A program made the translations under genes and the position numbers. 61,824 bases of DNA. Source: Candidatus Omnitrophota bacterium. GTDB taxonomy: Bacteria; Omnitrophota; Gorgyraeia; 2-01-FULL-45-10. The stretch lies in contig JBAZKM010000012.1 in NCBI GenBank assembly GCA_041650805.1, positions 1-61,824 on the forward strand, in the 5' to 3' direction. This document shows positions 37,214 through 47,769 of the stretch, piece after piece. Position 1 is the stretch's first letter. The number at the start of each line of letters is the position of its first letter. Under the pieces are notes generated by a model that made no database searches, was not told the DNA's origin, and saw nothing but the letters and a program-made list of their open reading frames with translations.

Positions 37214-37969
37214 ATGGTTACAGCTATGAATTTCCTGAGATGGCCGGTCGTTTGCTGCCTTTACGTCATAAAGGTGATCGACAAGATCTCCGGTGAGATA
37301 AAAAGATGTAACGGTGTCATATCGGCAAAGTTACTGGAGATTCTCCTAGTCTCTCAGAGAAGGCGGCTTGAAGAGGCCGATAAGCTGAATATCGGATGCG
37401 GCGACCGGCCTGTGGAGGGCTGGCTGAATATAGGTCTCTTTTCATGGAGGCAATACCCGGCCGGCATGGTCAGAAAGGACGATAAAGGTTCTCTCGTCCT
37501 GAACGTCGATATCAATAAAGTGAGTATGTCATATTTCGGAGATATAAAGTACATATATGCCAGCCACCTGATCGAACATCTGACGCATGAGGAAGCGACG
37601 GCATTGTTAGAGAAGGCCTATAGGGCGATGGCCAAAGGCGGGGTCATCCGTCTGGCGTGCCCAGACCTGGAGCTCTGGGTAAAGAAGTATTACGAAAACG
37701 ATAAGGATTTTTTCAATACGTACAGGTCCATCTACCTGCAGGATAGCCCCGCAAGGACCAAAGGCGATATCTTCATGGGGCAATGCCACGGCTTCAGCCA
37801 TAAGTGGAATTATGACTTTGAGTCGCTTAAGGATATGATGGAGAGGGCGGGTTTCGTCAGGGTCTCGAAGAAGATACAGTCTAGCAGCAGTATCCCCGAT
37901 ATCGGGTTACTGGAACCGTCCGACCCCGGGAGGGGGCTTGAGACGTTGTATGCCGAGGGAGAGAAATAG
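37214..37969 (+). CDS. Class I SAM-dependent methyltransferase-like protein
   Basis: KLNIGCG motif I, IYASHLIEHL, LLEKAYRAMAKGGVIRLACPD, HKWNYD. Confidence 0.75.
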   Translation: MVTAMNFLRWPVVCCLYVIKVIDKISGEIKRCNGVISAKLLEILLVSQRRRLEEADKLNIGCGDRPVEGWLNIGLFSWRQYPAGMVRKDDKGSLVLNVDINKVSMSYFGDIKYIYASHLIEHLTHEEATALLEKAYRAMAKGGVIRLACPDLELWVKKYYENDKDFFNTYRSIYLQDSPARTKGDIFMGQCHGFSHKWNYDFESLKDMMERAGFVRVSKKIQSSSSIPDIGLLEPSDPGRGLETLYAEGEK

Positions 37970-38011
37970 CGATGATACGGGCCAAAGACCATCCGGTCAC
38001 GGAGGGATGCT

Positions 38012-40504
38012 GTGAAACTGGCAAATAAGATAGGCCTTTCATTCTTAGCCGTTGCCCTGATCATTGCCACCGTCGCCGTGTCTATTTTTTATATTATAGC
38101 GAAAGAGAGCCTCCGGAGATCTATCTATAACAATCTGGGCACAGCGGTCGTAGACCGGACCAACCATATAGAGACCTACCTCAGGATGCTGGAGACCTCT
38201 GTGGGGCAGTTATCGAAAAGCGTCGTCCTGGAGAACCTGCTGAAGGCAGGCGGTAAAGAAGAACCCCAGCGGGACGACGCCTTCCGCCAGGCGATGAAGA
38301 GGCTCAAGAGGACAAAAGATGCCAACCCTTCGATATTCCAGTTTTTGCTGCTTGATGCGGCCGGCAAGGTGGTGGCTTCAAGCGACGAGGGCATGCTCGG
38401 AGTCGATAAATCAGAGGATATTTACCTCCTCGGCGCGAGGGAAGGGGTATACATCAAGGACGCTTATTTTTCCGGGCTGGCGAAGATGCCTTTGATGGCT
38501 GTGGCGGCGCCGCTTCTGGACAGCCAGACCGGTAAAATTTTGGGCGCGCTTGAGGCGAGCGTTAAGCTGGATGAGTTGAACGCTATCGTTATGGAGAGGG
38601 CCGGCATGGGCGATACGGGCGAGATCTATATAATCAACAAGGACGGTTATATGATCACCCCTTCCAGGTTTATAGTGAACACATTCTTAAAGCAGAAGGT
38701 GGATACCGAGAACGCGAAGATGGCGCTTTCGCATAAGACCAAAGAACATGTGATGTCCGGGGACAGGATGTTCAGGGTATTCCCCGATTACCGAGGAGTG
38801 CCCGTCCTGGGGACACACGAATACATACCCAGGATGCGATGGGGGGTCCTGGCTGAGATAGACGAAGAAGAGGCGCTCCGCCCGCTCGTTTTCCTGCGCC
38901 TCGTTTTTATCCTGATCTTACTTATAGTGCCTCTCTCCGCATGGCTCCTGGGGATATCCATAGCCAGGTTGATCACCGGACCGCTCCACAGGCTGCACAG
39001 GGGGACCGAAATAATCGGCGAAGGGAACCTGGACTACAAGGTAGGCACTGACGCCAGGGATGAGGTGGGACAGCTCTCGCGCGCATTTGATGCAATGACT
39101 GAAAACATAAAGCGCACCACCGCTTCTATCGACGACCTGAACAGAGAGATCACCGAGCGCAGGATAGCGGAAGAGGAACGCGAGAAGACGCTCCTGTGGC
39201 AGGATGGCGTAAACCTGCTCCAGCGAGCCCTGCTTGCGCCGGCCCGGATCGAGGCCAAGCTCAAGACCATAACAGACAGCGTCGTTCGTCTCTTCAGCGC
39301 CGATTTCTGCCGTATCTGGCTGATCCGCCCGGGAGACCTGTGCGAGAAGGGATGTGTCCATGCCGAAGTGACGGAAGGGCCTCATGTCTGCCGTTTCAGG
39401 GACAGGTGCCTGCATCTCCTGGCAAGCTCGGGGAGGTATACCCACCTGGACGGAAAAGGCCATGCCCGGGTCCCGTTCGGCTGTTACAAGATCGGCCTTG
39501 TCGCGTCCGGCGAAGCGCATAAATTCCTGACAAACGACGTGCAGAACGATCCGCGTGTCCATAACCATGACTGGGCGCGCCAATTGGGGCTTGTGTCGTT
39601 CGCAGGTTACCAGCTCAAGGTCCCCGGCGGGAAGACGATCGGGGTCATGGCCCTCTTTGCGAAGCATCCGATATCCCCTACCGAAGACACGATACTTGAC
39701 GGTCTCAGCAATGCCGTCTCTTTCGTAGTGCAGCAGACCGTCGCAGAAGAGGAGCTGAAGAGCGCTTACGAGAGGCTCAAAGAGGCCCAGGCCCAGGTCG
39801 TCCAGGCGGCCAAGATGGCATCTGTCGGTGTCCTGGCCGGGGGCGTCGCCCACGAGATAAATAATCCGCTCACCAGTATCCTGAATAACGTCCAGCTGAT
39901 AAAGATGACGGCCGAGCAGAAAAAGGAATTCAAAATGGAGGAGTTCAGGAAACTTATCGATATCATAGAGGAGTCATCCCTACGCTGTAAGAATATAACG
40001 AAATTGCTCCTGGAATCTTCGCGTATCTCGGCAGAGACGTTTTCCGGGGTCTCTCTGAACGAGGTCGTGGAAAAGTCGGTGGCGCTTATCGGGCAGGAGA
40101 TGAAGCGGCGGAATATCGATATCCGTCTTGAACTTGCGCCAGAACCGCCGAGGACCAGGGGTAGTTTTCAACTCCTCCAGCATGCATTGCTGGATATCGT
40201 TTCCAACGCAATGTGGGCAATAGAGAAAAAGGCACAGGGCGCGGGCACGATAACCGTCAAGACCTGTGTCGAGCCCGGCTCAAAGAAGGCATGCCTCGTC
40301 GTTTCGGATGACGGGGTAGGCATCCCAAAAGATAACCTGCAAAAGATATTTGAGCCGTTCTTTACCACAAAGAGAGTGGGTGAAGGCACCGGCCTCGGTT
40401 TATCCGTTGTCTATAATATAATACGTCATCACGAAGGCACTATTGAGGCGGAAAGCGAAGTCAATAAGGGCGCAACGTTCACCATAATGCTGCCTTTATT
40501 ATAG
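38012..40504 (+). CDS. Sensor histidine kinase (TM-dCache-TM-HAMP-GAF-HisKA-HATPase), no adjacent response regulator
   Basis: DYRGVPVLG Cache motif, HAMP DEVGQLSRAFDAM, GAF SFAGYQL, VAHEINNPL, DDGVGI, FFTTK..GEGTGLGL; GGAGG before GTG. Confidence 0.9.
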   Translation: MKLANKIGLSFLAVALIIATVAVSIFYIIAKESLRRSIYNNLGTAVVDRTNHIETYLRMLETSVGQLSKSVVLENLLKAGGKEEPQRDDAFRQAMKRLKRTKDANPSIFQFLLLDAAGKVVASSDEGMLGVDKSEDIYLLGAREGVYIKDAYFSGLAKMPLMAVAAPLLDSQTGKILGALEASVKLDELNAIVMERAGMGDTGEIYIINKDGYMITPSRFIVNTFLKQKVDTENAKMALSHKTKEHVMSGDRMFRVFPDYRGVPVLGTHEYIPRMRWGVLAEIDEEEALRPLVFLRLVFILILLIVPLSAWLLGISIARLITGPLHRLHRGTEIIGEGNLDYKVGTDARDEVGQLSRAFDAMTENIKRTTASIDDLNREITERRIAEEEREKTLLWQDGVNLLQRALLAPARIEAKLKTITDSVVRLFSADFCRIWLIRPGDLCEKGCVHAEVTEGPHVCRFRDRCLHLLASSGRYTHLDGKGHARVPFGCYKIGLVASGEAHKFLTNDVQNDPRVHNHDWARQLGLVSFAGYQLKVPGGKTIGVMALFAKHPISPTEDTILDGLSNAVSFVVQQTVAEEELKSAYERLKEAQAQVVQAAKMASVGVLAGGVAHEINNPLTSILNNVQLIKMTAEQKKEFKMEEFRKLIDIIEESSLRCKNITKLLLESSRISAETFSGVSLNEVVEKSVALIGQEMKRRNIDIRLELAPEPPRTRGSFQLLQHALLDIVSNAMWAIEKKAQGAGTITVKTCVEPGSKKACLVVSDDGVGIPKDNLQKIFEPFFTTKRVGEGTGLGLSVVYNIIRHHEGTIEAESEVNKGATFTIMLPLL

Positions 40505-40536
40505 AAATAGAGAAAGGTCGGAGCGGGCGCTCAATT

Positions 40537-40770
40537 ATGAAAAAGATCTCTCTGGCACAGGTTAAAGCGGATCAGAAGTGCAGGATAGCCGAGATACAGG
40601 GCGGCTCAAATCTGCATAATAAGCTTATGCATATGGGTGTCTTTAAGGGCAAGGATGTCACCAAGCTCAGCCATATCGGTTTGAGGGGGCCGGTCGTCAT
40701 CAGGGCCGGGAGGAGCATCCTGGCACTGGGGCACGGCATAGCGGTAAAGGTGATGGTCGAGGTCGAATGA
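40537..40770 (+). CDS. feoA: Ferrous iron transport protein A
   Basis: 77 aa SH3-like, KLMHMGV..G, LALG..IA..VMV; directly upstream of feoB. Confidence 0.88.
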   Translation: MKKISLAQVKADQKCRIAEIQGGSNLHNKLMHMGVFKGKDVTKLSHIGLRGPVVIRAGRSILALGHGIAVKVMVEVE

Positions 40771-42497
40771 TAAAGAAGATATACCTGATAGGGAACCCCA
40801 ATGTGGGTAAGAGCGTGGTCTTCTCGCGGCTCACCGGCGTCAATGTCATTTCGTCTAATTATCCGGGCACGACCGTAGAGATATACAAAGGGTATGTCGA
40901 TCTCGGGGATGAGAAGATCGAGGTCGTTGACCTGCCCGGAACTTACTCGCTGGAGCCGACTTCGCACGCGGAAGGTGTAGCCGTCTCGTTATTAAAAGAG
41001 AATTCCAAAAGCGAGATAGCGGTGATCAATATTCTCGATGCGACCAACCTGGAGCGCAACCTGCTCCTGACCCTGCAATTGATAGAAGAAGGGTTCCCTG
41101 TGATCGCCTGTCTTAATATGTGCGATGAGGCCGGCCACAGGGGCGTCCATATAGACACCGAAGCCCTGGAAAGGCTGCTGGAGATCCCGGTGGTCTCCAC
41201 CTGCGCCGTAACCGGCGTGGGGATAAAGTCGCTGATAGAGAGGATACAGAGTGCAGCCCCGGTTTCAAGGGACAGGATCGCCAGCAGGGAGAGGTGGGCC
41301 GAGGTCGGCAGGAGAGTTGAACAGGGCCAGCTCCTCGAACACAGGCATCATACTTTAAGGGAGATGATAGAGGATGCATCGGTCCGGCCTTTTACCGGGC
41401 TGGTGATGGCCGCGGCGGTCATCTATGCTTCGTTCAAGATCGTACGTTTTGTCGGCGAATTCATCATCGGCAGGATAACGGACCCTATATTCATAGATCT
41501 TTACCGGCCGGTATTGGAAAGGTTGACGCGATATTGGAAGGAAGACGGGTTTTGGTTCCATCTCTTAATAGGCGACCTGATCGACGGTAAGATAGATTTC
41601 AAGCAGTCGCTGGGTGTATTGACCACGGCCCCTTACATAGAATTCGGTATGGTCCTCCCGTATGTCATATCGTTCTATTTTATACTCAGCGTCTTAGAAG
41701 ATATAGGGTATCTGCCGCGTCTTGCGATATTGCTGGATAACCTGATGCACCGCCTGGGACTGCACGGTTTCGCGGTCATACCGGTGCTCTTGGGTTTCGG
41801 GTGTAACGTGCCGGGCATACTGGCGACGCGCGCCCTGGAATCGAAACGGGAAAGGTTTATCGCAGCTACCATAATATCGATAGGCGTGCCGTGCGTGCCG
41901 CTGCAGGCGATGATATTCGGGCTATTGGGCAAATTCGGCGGATTTTACGTATGTGGTGTATATCTAGTCTTGTTCTCACTGATAATAATACTGGGGGTCA
42001 TCCTGAACCGTCTCCTGACCGGGTACAGCCCGGAGTTCCTTCTGGAGATACCCCCGTATAGGTTTCCGCCGCTTGCCACGCTCCTCGCCAAACTCTACCT
42101 GCGCGTCAAAGGTTTTCTGGTAGAGGCGGTGCCGGTCGTCATGCTGGGTGTCCTATTCGTTAACCTGCTCATCTATTTCAAACTATTCGATTTCATAACC
42201 GGGATATCGGCGCCGGTGATCCACGGCCTCTTCGGGTTGCCCAAAGAGTCGGTGGTCGCCCTGGTCATCGGGTTCATAAGAAAAGACGTCGCGGTCGGCA
42301 TGCTCATGCCGCTGGGACTTTCGGCCAAACAGCTCTTCATAGGGGCAACGTTACTGGCTATCTCTTTCCCGTGCATAGCGACATTCGTAGTGATATGGAA
42401 AGAGCTGGGTTTTAAAGATCTGATGAAAGCTACGACGATCATGGTGGCTATCAGTATCATTGTAGGGACGCTGCTCAATTTCACGATAGTGCCGTGA
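40767..42497 (+). CDS. feoB: Ferrous iron transporter B (compact form)
   Basis: GNPNVGKS, NYPGTTVE, DLPGTYSL, NMCD G-domain motifs; LGFGCNVP gate; EIPPYR.P. Confidence 0.95.
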   Translation: MIKKIYLIGNPNVGKSVVFSRLTGVNVISSNYPGTTVEIYKGYVDLGDEKIEVVDLPGTYSLEPTSHAEGVAVSLLKENSKSEIAVINILDATNLERNLLLTLQLIEEGFPVIACLNMCDEAGHRGVHIDTEALERLLEIPVVSTCAVTGVGIKSLIERIQSAAPVSRDRIASRERWAEVGRRVEQGQLLEHRHHTLREMIEDASVRPFTGLVMAAAVIYASFKIVRFVGEFIIGRITDPIFIDLYRPVLERLTRYWKEDGFWFHLLIGDLIDGKIDFKQSLGVLTTAPYIEFGMVLPYVISFYFILSVLEDIGYLPRLAILLDNLMHRLGLHGFAVIPVLLGFGCNVPGILATRALESKRERFIAATIISIGVPCVPLQAMIFGLLGKFGGFYVCGVYLVLFSLIIILGVILNRLLTGYSPEFLLEIPPYRFPPLATLLAKLYLRVKGFLVEAVPVVMLGVLFVNLLIYFKLFDFITGISAPVIHGLFGLPKESVVALVIGFIRKDVAVGMLMPLGLSAKQLFIGATLLAISFPCIATFVVIWKELGFKDLMKATTIMVAISIIVGTLLNFTIVP

Positions 42498-42526
42498 TCC
42501 GGCGAAATTAAAATTATAAAACGCTA

Positions 42527-44239
42527 ATGTATGCCATTCCCCGCGTTCGTCTATACACGGTCATATTTCTCATAATTGCCGCCGCTTCCGTATTCAGGTT
42601 CTATCATTTAGGTGCAGTGGAGATGATAGCGGATGAATATCGCGATATACCCGCGGCCAGGGCCTACGCGGCGGATCCCAATCCGTTCATACCGGGCGTC
42701 CAGAAGAACGACGACATATCGCAGGCAAGGATGCCTTATTATATAACAGCATTGAGCCTCCGCTTATCGGGCGACCCGTTATCCAGGGCAAGGCTTCCGT
42801 CGGCCATATTCGGCGTCCTCGCAGTATTGATCACGTATCTTATCGGGAGAGAGCTTTATGATGTGAAGACGGGTATATTGAGCGCTCTCCTTCTGGCCAT
42901 ATCCACTTATCATATAGGTTTCTCGAGATTTTCCGCAACGACAGGCGAAAGTCATGACCTCTTCTTCTTTCTCCTGAGCCTCTTGCTTTTTTTTAAAGGT
43001 ATTACCGGGAGAGAGACAAGGCCGATCCTATTCTCGGGGATAACGACGGGCCTTGCCATTGCTTCAAAATTCAGCATGGCACTCCTCATCCCTGTATTTT
43101 TTTTATACATGTTATCTCTTTTCAGAGGCAACTGTTTCAAGATAAGCCGTATAAACAAAATACTGCTTCGAATAACATATCTCAATCTTGCCGTTATCAT
43201 CTCTTTTGCATTCATCTCTTTTAATCTGTATGGTCACGCGCCGGGCGGCTTATCTGCGGACAGGATCTTCATCCTGTTCCTATCCGCGGTTCTCTTTTAT
43301 CTGCCCCTTCTTTTCATAGCCATATTCAGGACGGGCCGCCTTTTCGATGAGAACGACGCGTTGCCCATCTTTTTTAATATGGTCTTAACATGCGCGGCCT
43401 TTACCTTTATAGGATCACCGGTACATCTCGACCCCGCCAATCTGACCGGTGCTTTAAGATGGTTCGGTGAATTTGGGTATAACAATTCTCTGGAGACAGG
43501 GCCCTTATATTTTTTAAATCCGATAGCAACCATTTTCCTCAGGATGGCGCCGCCGTTCAACCTTATATTCATACCGGCCTTTCTCTATACTGTAAGCCGT
43601 TCCAGGAACGGCTCCGATCTGTTGATCTCAATGGTCTTCATTCTGTATCTGGCGTTCCTATCGAGCCTTAAATGGTTTATGAGCTGGTATGTGATGCCCC
43701 TTATGCCGCTCGCGCTTATCATGAGTTCGCATTTTACCGTTCTATGGATTGAAAAATTACGGAGAAAGACTGCTTATCCGGTCGCTCTCTTTCTGATATC
43801 CGTCTCTATCGCCCTCCAGCTGCCGAACCTTTTAAGGATATCGCCGTATTATCAGATAGACGGCTACAGGTTCGGGAGCAGGTTTATAGGGCTGAATAAG
43901 CCGTCGTTCCTGACGACGGAGGGCGTAAAAGACGCCATCGCCTGGCTTGAAAAAAATATACCGGACCGTTCAAGGGTGGGATTCTTCATTAATCTCAGGC
44001 CGATCAACGACCATCTTGCCGGCTATCTTTTCCGGTGGGTTGCCGGGATCCATGCCAGGAATAGGACGATAGAGTATGATTACGCCTTTGATACGAAAAA
44101 GATAGACGCATATGATTATCTGGCCGTTTCGCCGTTGTTGAAGAGGCGCCCGACGGATAAGAACGGGACACTCAGGCGGATCCATACGGTCAGCGTGGCG
44201 GGGTTAGACGTATTATATATCTACGAGATAGTCATATGA
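42527..44239 (+). CDS. GT-C membrane glycosyltransferase (ArnT/PMT-like)
   Basis: ADE in first loop, ARLPSAIFG, SRFS, GLAIASKFS, YVMPLMP; about 12 TM segments. Confidence 0.78.
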   Translation: MYAIPRVRLYTVIFLIIAAASVFRFYHLGAVEMIADEYRDIPAARAYAADPNPFIPGVQKNDDISQARMPYYITALSLRLSGDPLSRARLPSAIFGVLAVLITYLIGRELYDVKTGILSALLLAISTYHIGFSRFSATTGESHDLFFFLLSLLLFFKGITGRETRPILFSGITTGLAIASKFSMALLIPVFFLYMLSLFRGNCFKISRINKILLRITYLNLAVIISFAFISFNLYGHAPGGLSADRIFILFLSAVLFYLPLLFIAIFRTGRLFDENDALPIFFNMVLTCAAFTFIGSPVHLDPANLTGALRWFGEFGYNNSLETGPLYFLNPIATIFLRMAPPFNLIFIPAFLYTVSRSRNGSDLLISMVFILYLAFLSSLKWFMSWYVMPLMPLALIMSSHFTVLWIEKLRRKTAYPVALFLISVSIALQLPNLLRISPYYQIDGYRFGSRFIGLNKPSFLTTEGVKDAIAWLEKNIPDRSRVGFFINLRPINDHLAGYLFRWVAGIHARNRTIEYDYAFDTKKIDAYDYLAVSPLLKRRPTDKNGTLRRIHTVSVAGLDVLYIYEIVI

Positions 44240-44970
44240 TAAAGTTCTCGGTCGTTATACCCATATATGATGAAGAGGGCTCGGTCGAGCCGTTATACCT
44301 TTCTTTGAAAAGCGTCATGGACAGGATGAAAGAGCCTTATGAGATAATTTTCGTTAATGACTGCTCGAGGGACGGGAGCCTGCAGGCCCTGAAAAATATT
44401 GACGCCGCGCCGGCTCATTTAACCATCGTAAGTTTACGAAGACACAGCGGCCAGTCGGCGGCCCTCCAGGCAGGGTTTGATGCAGCACGAGGGGAGACGA
44501 TCATTACCATTGACGGAGATCTTCAGAATGATCCCGGAGATATACCATGCTTATTGGATAAGATTAAGTCGGGATATGATGTCGTTTGCGGATGGAGATA
44601 TGACAGGAAAGACCCATGGCATAAGATAGCGGCGTCAAGGATCGCTAATCTTGTGTGCCGTATCGCCGCGAGAGAGAAGATCCATGACACCGGATGCACC
44701 CTCAGGGTCTTTAAAAGATCCGTTCTGAAAGATGTCCGCCTGTCTGAAAACATGCACAGGTTCTTTACATTGATAATGGCCAGGCGCGGTTACAGTATAG
44801 GGGAAGTGAAGGTCAGCCACTCCCGGAGGAAGTCCGGGAAGTCAAAGTACGGCATACTGAACAGGCTCGGATGGGTGACGGATCTTATAAGGATAGCCGG
44901 ATCGGATATGGATGACCTGATGCGGCAGGGAAATGGTTATGAGATAGAAGAGATAATAAGGAGACGATGA
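44236..44970 (+). CDS. GT2 polyprenol-phosphate glycosyltransferase (ArnC/DPM-like)
   Basis: SVVIPIYDEE, VNDCSRDGS, GQSAALQAGF, IDGDLQNDP, HDTGCTLR, HRF. Confidence 0.9.
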   Translation: MIKFSVVIPIYDEEGSVEPLYLSLKSVMDRMKEPYEIIFVNDCSRDGSLQALKNIDAAPAHLTIVSLRRHSGQSAALQAGFDAARGETIITIDGDLQNDPGDIPCLLDKIKSGYDVVCGWRYDRKDPWHKIAASRIANLVCRIAAREKIHDTGCTLRVFKRSVLKDVRLSENMHRFFTLIMARRGYSIGEVKVSHSRRKSGKSKYGILNRLGWVTDLIRIAGSDMDDLMRQGNGYEIEEIIRRR

Positions 44971-46397
44971 AATTTTTTAAATATGCCGGCCTATGTTCCA
45001 TAGTAGCCCTCGGGTTCCTCCTGAGGGTCTACCATCTGGGCAATTCCAGTTTATGGTGGGATGAACTCATGACCGTAAGCCGTATCGACTATCCGCTCGT
45101 CCAGGTGGTCAGGAACCTCTTCATATCTCCTTTTCCGCCGCTCTATTATATCCTGATGAACCTCTGGGTAAAGGCCTTCGGGAACAGCGAATTCTTTTTG
45201 CGTCTCCCGTCCCTGATGTTTTCCGTAGGATCGGTCATAGCCGTATTTTACCTGGCAAGGGAACTCTTCGATGAGGATGCGGGGTTCTTTTCCGCGTTAT
45301 TCCTGAGCGTTTCACCATATAGCATCTGGTTTGCCCAGACGGCAAAGATGTACTCCATGTCATGGTTCTTCGCGATACTCTCATTCCTCTTTTTTCACAG
45401 GTTCACGAGAGATAAAAGAAGAGTCAGCCTGTTATTGTACGTTATCTTTACCACATTATCGATCTATACCACATATATAGGGTTCATCCTCATACTGACC
45501 CAGAATATACTCTTCTTCTGCTTTAACAGGGAGAGGCAGGTCAGGAGATGGTTATTGGGCCAGGCGTTGATATTTTTATTCTTCCTGCCATGGCTGGGGA
45601 TATTCCAATATAACGCGATAAACAGGACAGGGTTGGATTGGATCCCCGCCGTGGATAATTATATAAGACTTATCGGCTCTGTCTTCCCGAGAATGCTGAC
45701 GGGTTATTTCGGGAACCCGGGCTATGCGGAGTTGGTCATATGCTCCCTTCTGATAATATCCGCGGTCGTAAAGTTGGCAGGCGATAGGCAAAAAAGATAT
45801 TCTATCAGTTTTAGCCTGCTCTTCGCATGGATAGCAGTGCCCGTTTTTGTATATTACCTGACCTATATCTCGGCATATCCTATTCTCAGCGAGTTCTCGG
45901 ACAGATATATCGGCGTTATACATATCCCCTTGATCATACTGATGAGCAGGGGGATATCTAAATACAAAGCCGGATATATATCCGTCATATTGGTCCTTCT
46001 GCTTGGCATGACCCTCCTTTACCATTTGCGCCCTTTTTATAAAGCCGATTGTAAGATGACCTTCACTTTTCGCGGCGTGGTCTTCGATGATAACTGGAGG
46101 AACCTATCGAATGAGATACGTCAGAGGGCCGGCAGCGATCCATTGATAGTTACGGACCTTCCCCCGGTCTTCAGGTACTACATTAAGGGTTATAGGATAG
46201 AACCGTTGGAATATATCAGGGATATGGAAAACAGCGTTTCCGCCGGTAACTTTACGTCAATTTTTATGGTCTATAAAATAAGCGGAGGGCGCGTAAAAGG
46301 CAGACCCCTGCAGAGGACGATCAAGGGATATAAGCTGGAAGAGGACTATTACAGGCATCCGAACGGTTTCTTCTGGTTCAGGAAGATCGATGACTAA
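44967..46397 (+). CDS. GT-C membrane glycosyltransferase (family 39-like)
   Basis: SLWWDE, PPLYY, LRLPS, A+MYS, YTTY patterns. Confidence 0.8.
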   Translation: MKFFKYAGLCSIVALGFLLRVYHLGNSSLWWDELMTVSRIDYPLVQVVRNLFISPFPPLYYILMNLWVKAFGNSEFFLRLPSLMFSVGSVIAVFYLARELFDEDAGFFSALFLSVSPYSIWFAQTAKMYSMSWFFAILSFLFFHRFTRDKRRVSLLLYVIFTTLSIYTTYIGFILILTQNILFFCFNRERQVRRWLLGQALIFLFFLPWLGIFQYNAINRTGLDWIPAVDNYIRLIGSVFPRMLTGYFGNPGYAELVICSLLIISAVVKLAGDRQKRYSISFSLLFAWIAVPVFVYYLTYISAYPILSEFSDRYIGVIHIPLIILMSRGISKYKAGYISVILVLLLGMTLLYHLRPFYKADCKMTFTFRGVVFDDNWRNLSNEIRQRAGSDPLIVTDLPPVFRYYIKGYRIEPLEYIRDMENSVSAGNFTSIFMVYKISGGRVKGRPLQRTIKGYKLEEDYYRHPNGFFWFRKIDD

Positions 46398-47757
46398 GAC
46401 TTTAAAAAGATATATAAATCCTTTATTTTTTTTAGTTCTTTTTTCAGCGTTTGTTATATTTGTTGTTATTGCCAGGAATAATGTTCCCCGGGGAGAGCGG
46501 CCGAATATAGTATGGATCGTCATAGACGCGCTGCGGGCCGACCACCTGGGGTGTTACGGTTACGGAAGGGATACGAGCTCGTTCATCGATGGATTTGCCG
46601 GTAAAGGCATCCTCTTCGAGCATGCCTTCAGCCAGGAGTCATATACACAGGCGTCCGTGGCGTCGTTCTTTACATCCACATATCCATGGGTCAATAAAGT
46701 CCTTTACGATAAACCTATGATAGATGTATTGGACCCGGCCTTTGTAACTATCGCGGAGATATTAAAAGAGGCCGGTTACGATACCGCGGCCTTCGTCTTT
46801 AACCCGCACCTCAAGGCGATATTCAATTTCGGCCAGGGGTTCGATCTCTACAGCGACGGCGGGAAAGGCCTGAAGGTCGTGCTCCGGGATCCGGGTTCAC
46901 ATGAGACCGCGAAGAAGATCTCAGCCAAGGTGAAAAGATATCTTGAGCGGACCGGCGGCAAAAGGCCCGTCTTCTTATATCTCCATTACAGGGATGTGCA
47001 CGGCCCGTATATGCCCCCTCCGCCTTATGACAGTGTATTCCCAGGGCCGGATTCCGCATATGACGGAGAGATACGGTACGCGGATAATAGTATCAGGGCG
47101 CTATTTACCTTGCTGAAAGGATACGGGATCGACAACAGGAATTCTGTTATCATAGTCACGGCAGACCACGGCGAGGAATTTTATGATGATCCTCCGCCGG
47201 ATAAACGCTCCCCGGGGGGCCACGGCAGGACTTTATACAATGAGCTGATACATGTCCCGCTCATAATGTCCATACCCGGACTTCCTGCCGGGAAGAGGAT
47301 AGGCGCGTATGTCGGGCTTATCGATATCGCCCCGACCCTTTGCGATATCCTGAAGATCGATCGGAAGAGATACGGCCGATTCCAGGGCATGACCCTTCTG
47401 CCCGTTATAAACGGAGAGGATGACGGCCATCGTCCTGTATATGGCGGCGGTAAGTACGGCAGGGGCTTTGTGATCAGGGGCGGATACAAGTATTATATCG
47501 ACTTGAAGAATAAGACCGCCAGTTGCATGCGTCCCGCGGACAATGACAATGTGATGCGTGAAGAGCTCTATGATATGAATGCGGATTTTAATGAGGTGAT
47601 GGATCTCTCAGGCGCCAGACCGGATATCGTTTCGGAGCTGAGGAAGGAGTTGGAGGCATTCATCAAAGGGTCCCCGGTGTACGGGGGGCTTGCCGCGTCT
47701 GTGTGGCCGGACGCCCGGACCGAAGAAGAGTTGAGATCATTAGGTTATCTGCAATAG
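46390..47757 (+). CDS. Membrane-anchored sulfatase-like / alkaline-phosphatase-superfamily protein
   Basis: N-terminal TM; PNIVWIVIDALRADH, HYRDVHGPY, YDGEIRYAD, TADHGEEF, GHG..LY.E.IHVPLI; no CxPxR. Confidence 0.85.
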   Translation: MTKTLKRYINPLFFLVLFSAFVIFVVIARNNVPRGERPNIVWIVIDALRADHLGCYGYGRDTSSFIDGFAGKGILFEHAFSQESYTQASVASFFTSTYPWVNKVLYDKPMIDVLDPAFVTIAEILKEAGYDTAAFVFNPHLKAIFNFGQGFDLYSDGGKGLKVVLRDPGSHETAKKISAKVKRYLERTGGKRPVFLYLHYRDVHGPYMPPPPYDSVFPGPDSAYDGEIRYADNSIRALFTLLKGYGIDNRNSVIIVTADHGEEFYDDPPPDKRSPGGHGRTLYNELIHVPLIMSIPGLPAGKRIGAYVGLIDIAPTLCDILKIDRKRYGRFQGMTLLPVINGEDDGHRPVYGGGKYGRGFVIRGGYKYYIDLKNKTASCMRPADNDNVMREELYDMNADFNEVMDLSGARPDIVSELRKELEAFIKGSPVYGGLAASVWPDARTEEELRSLGYLQ

Positions 47758-47769
47758 GCGGGGTATTCA

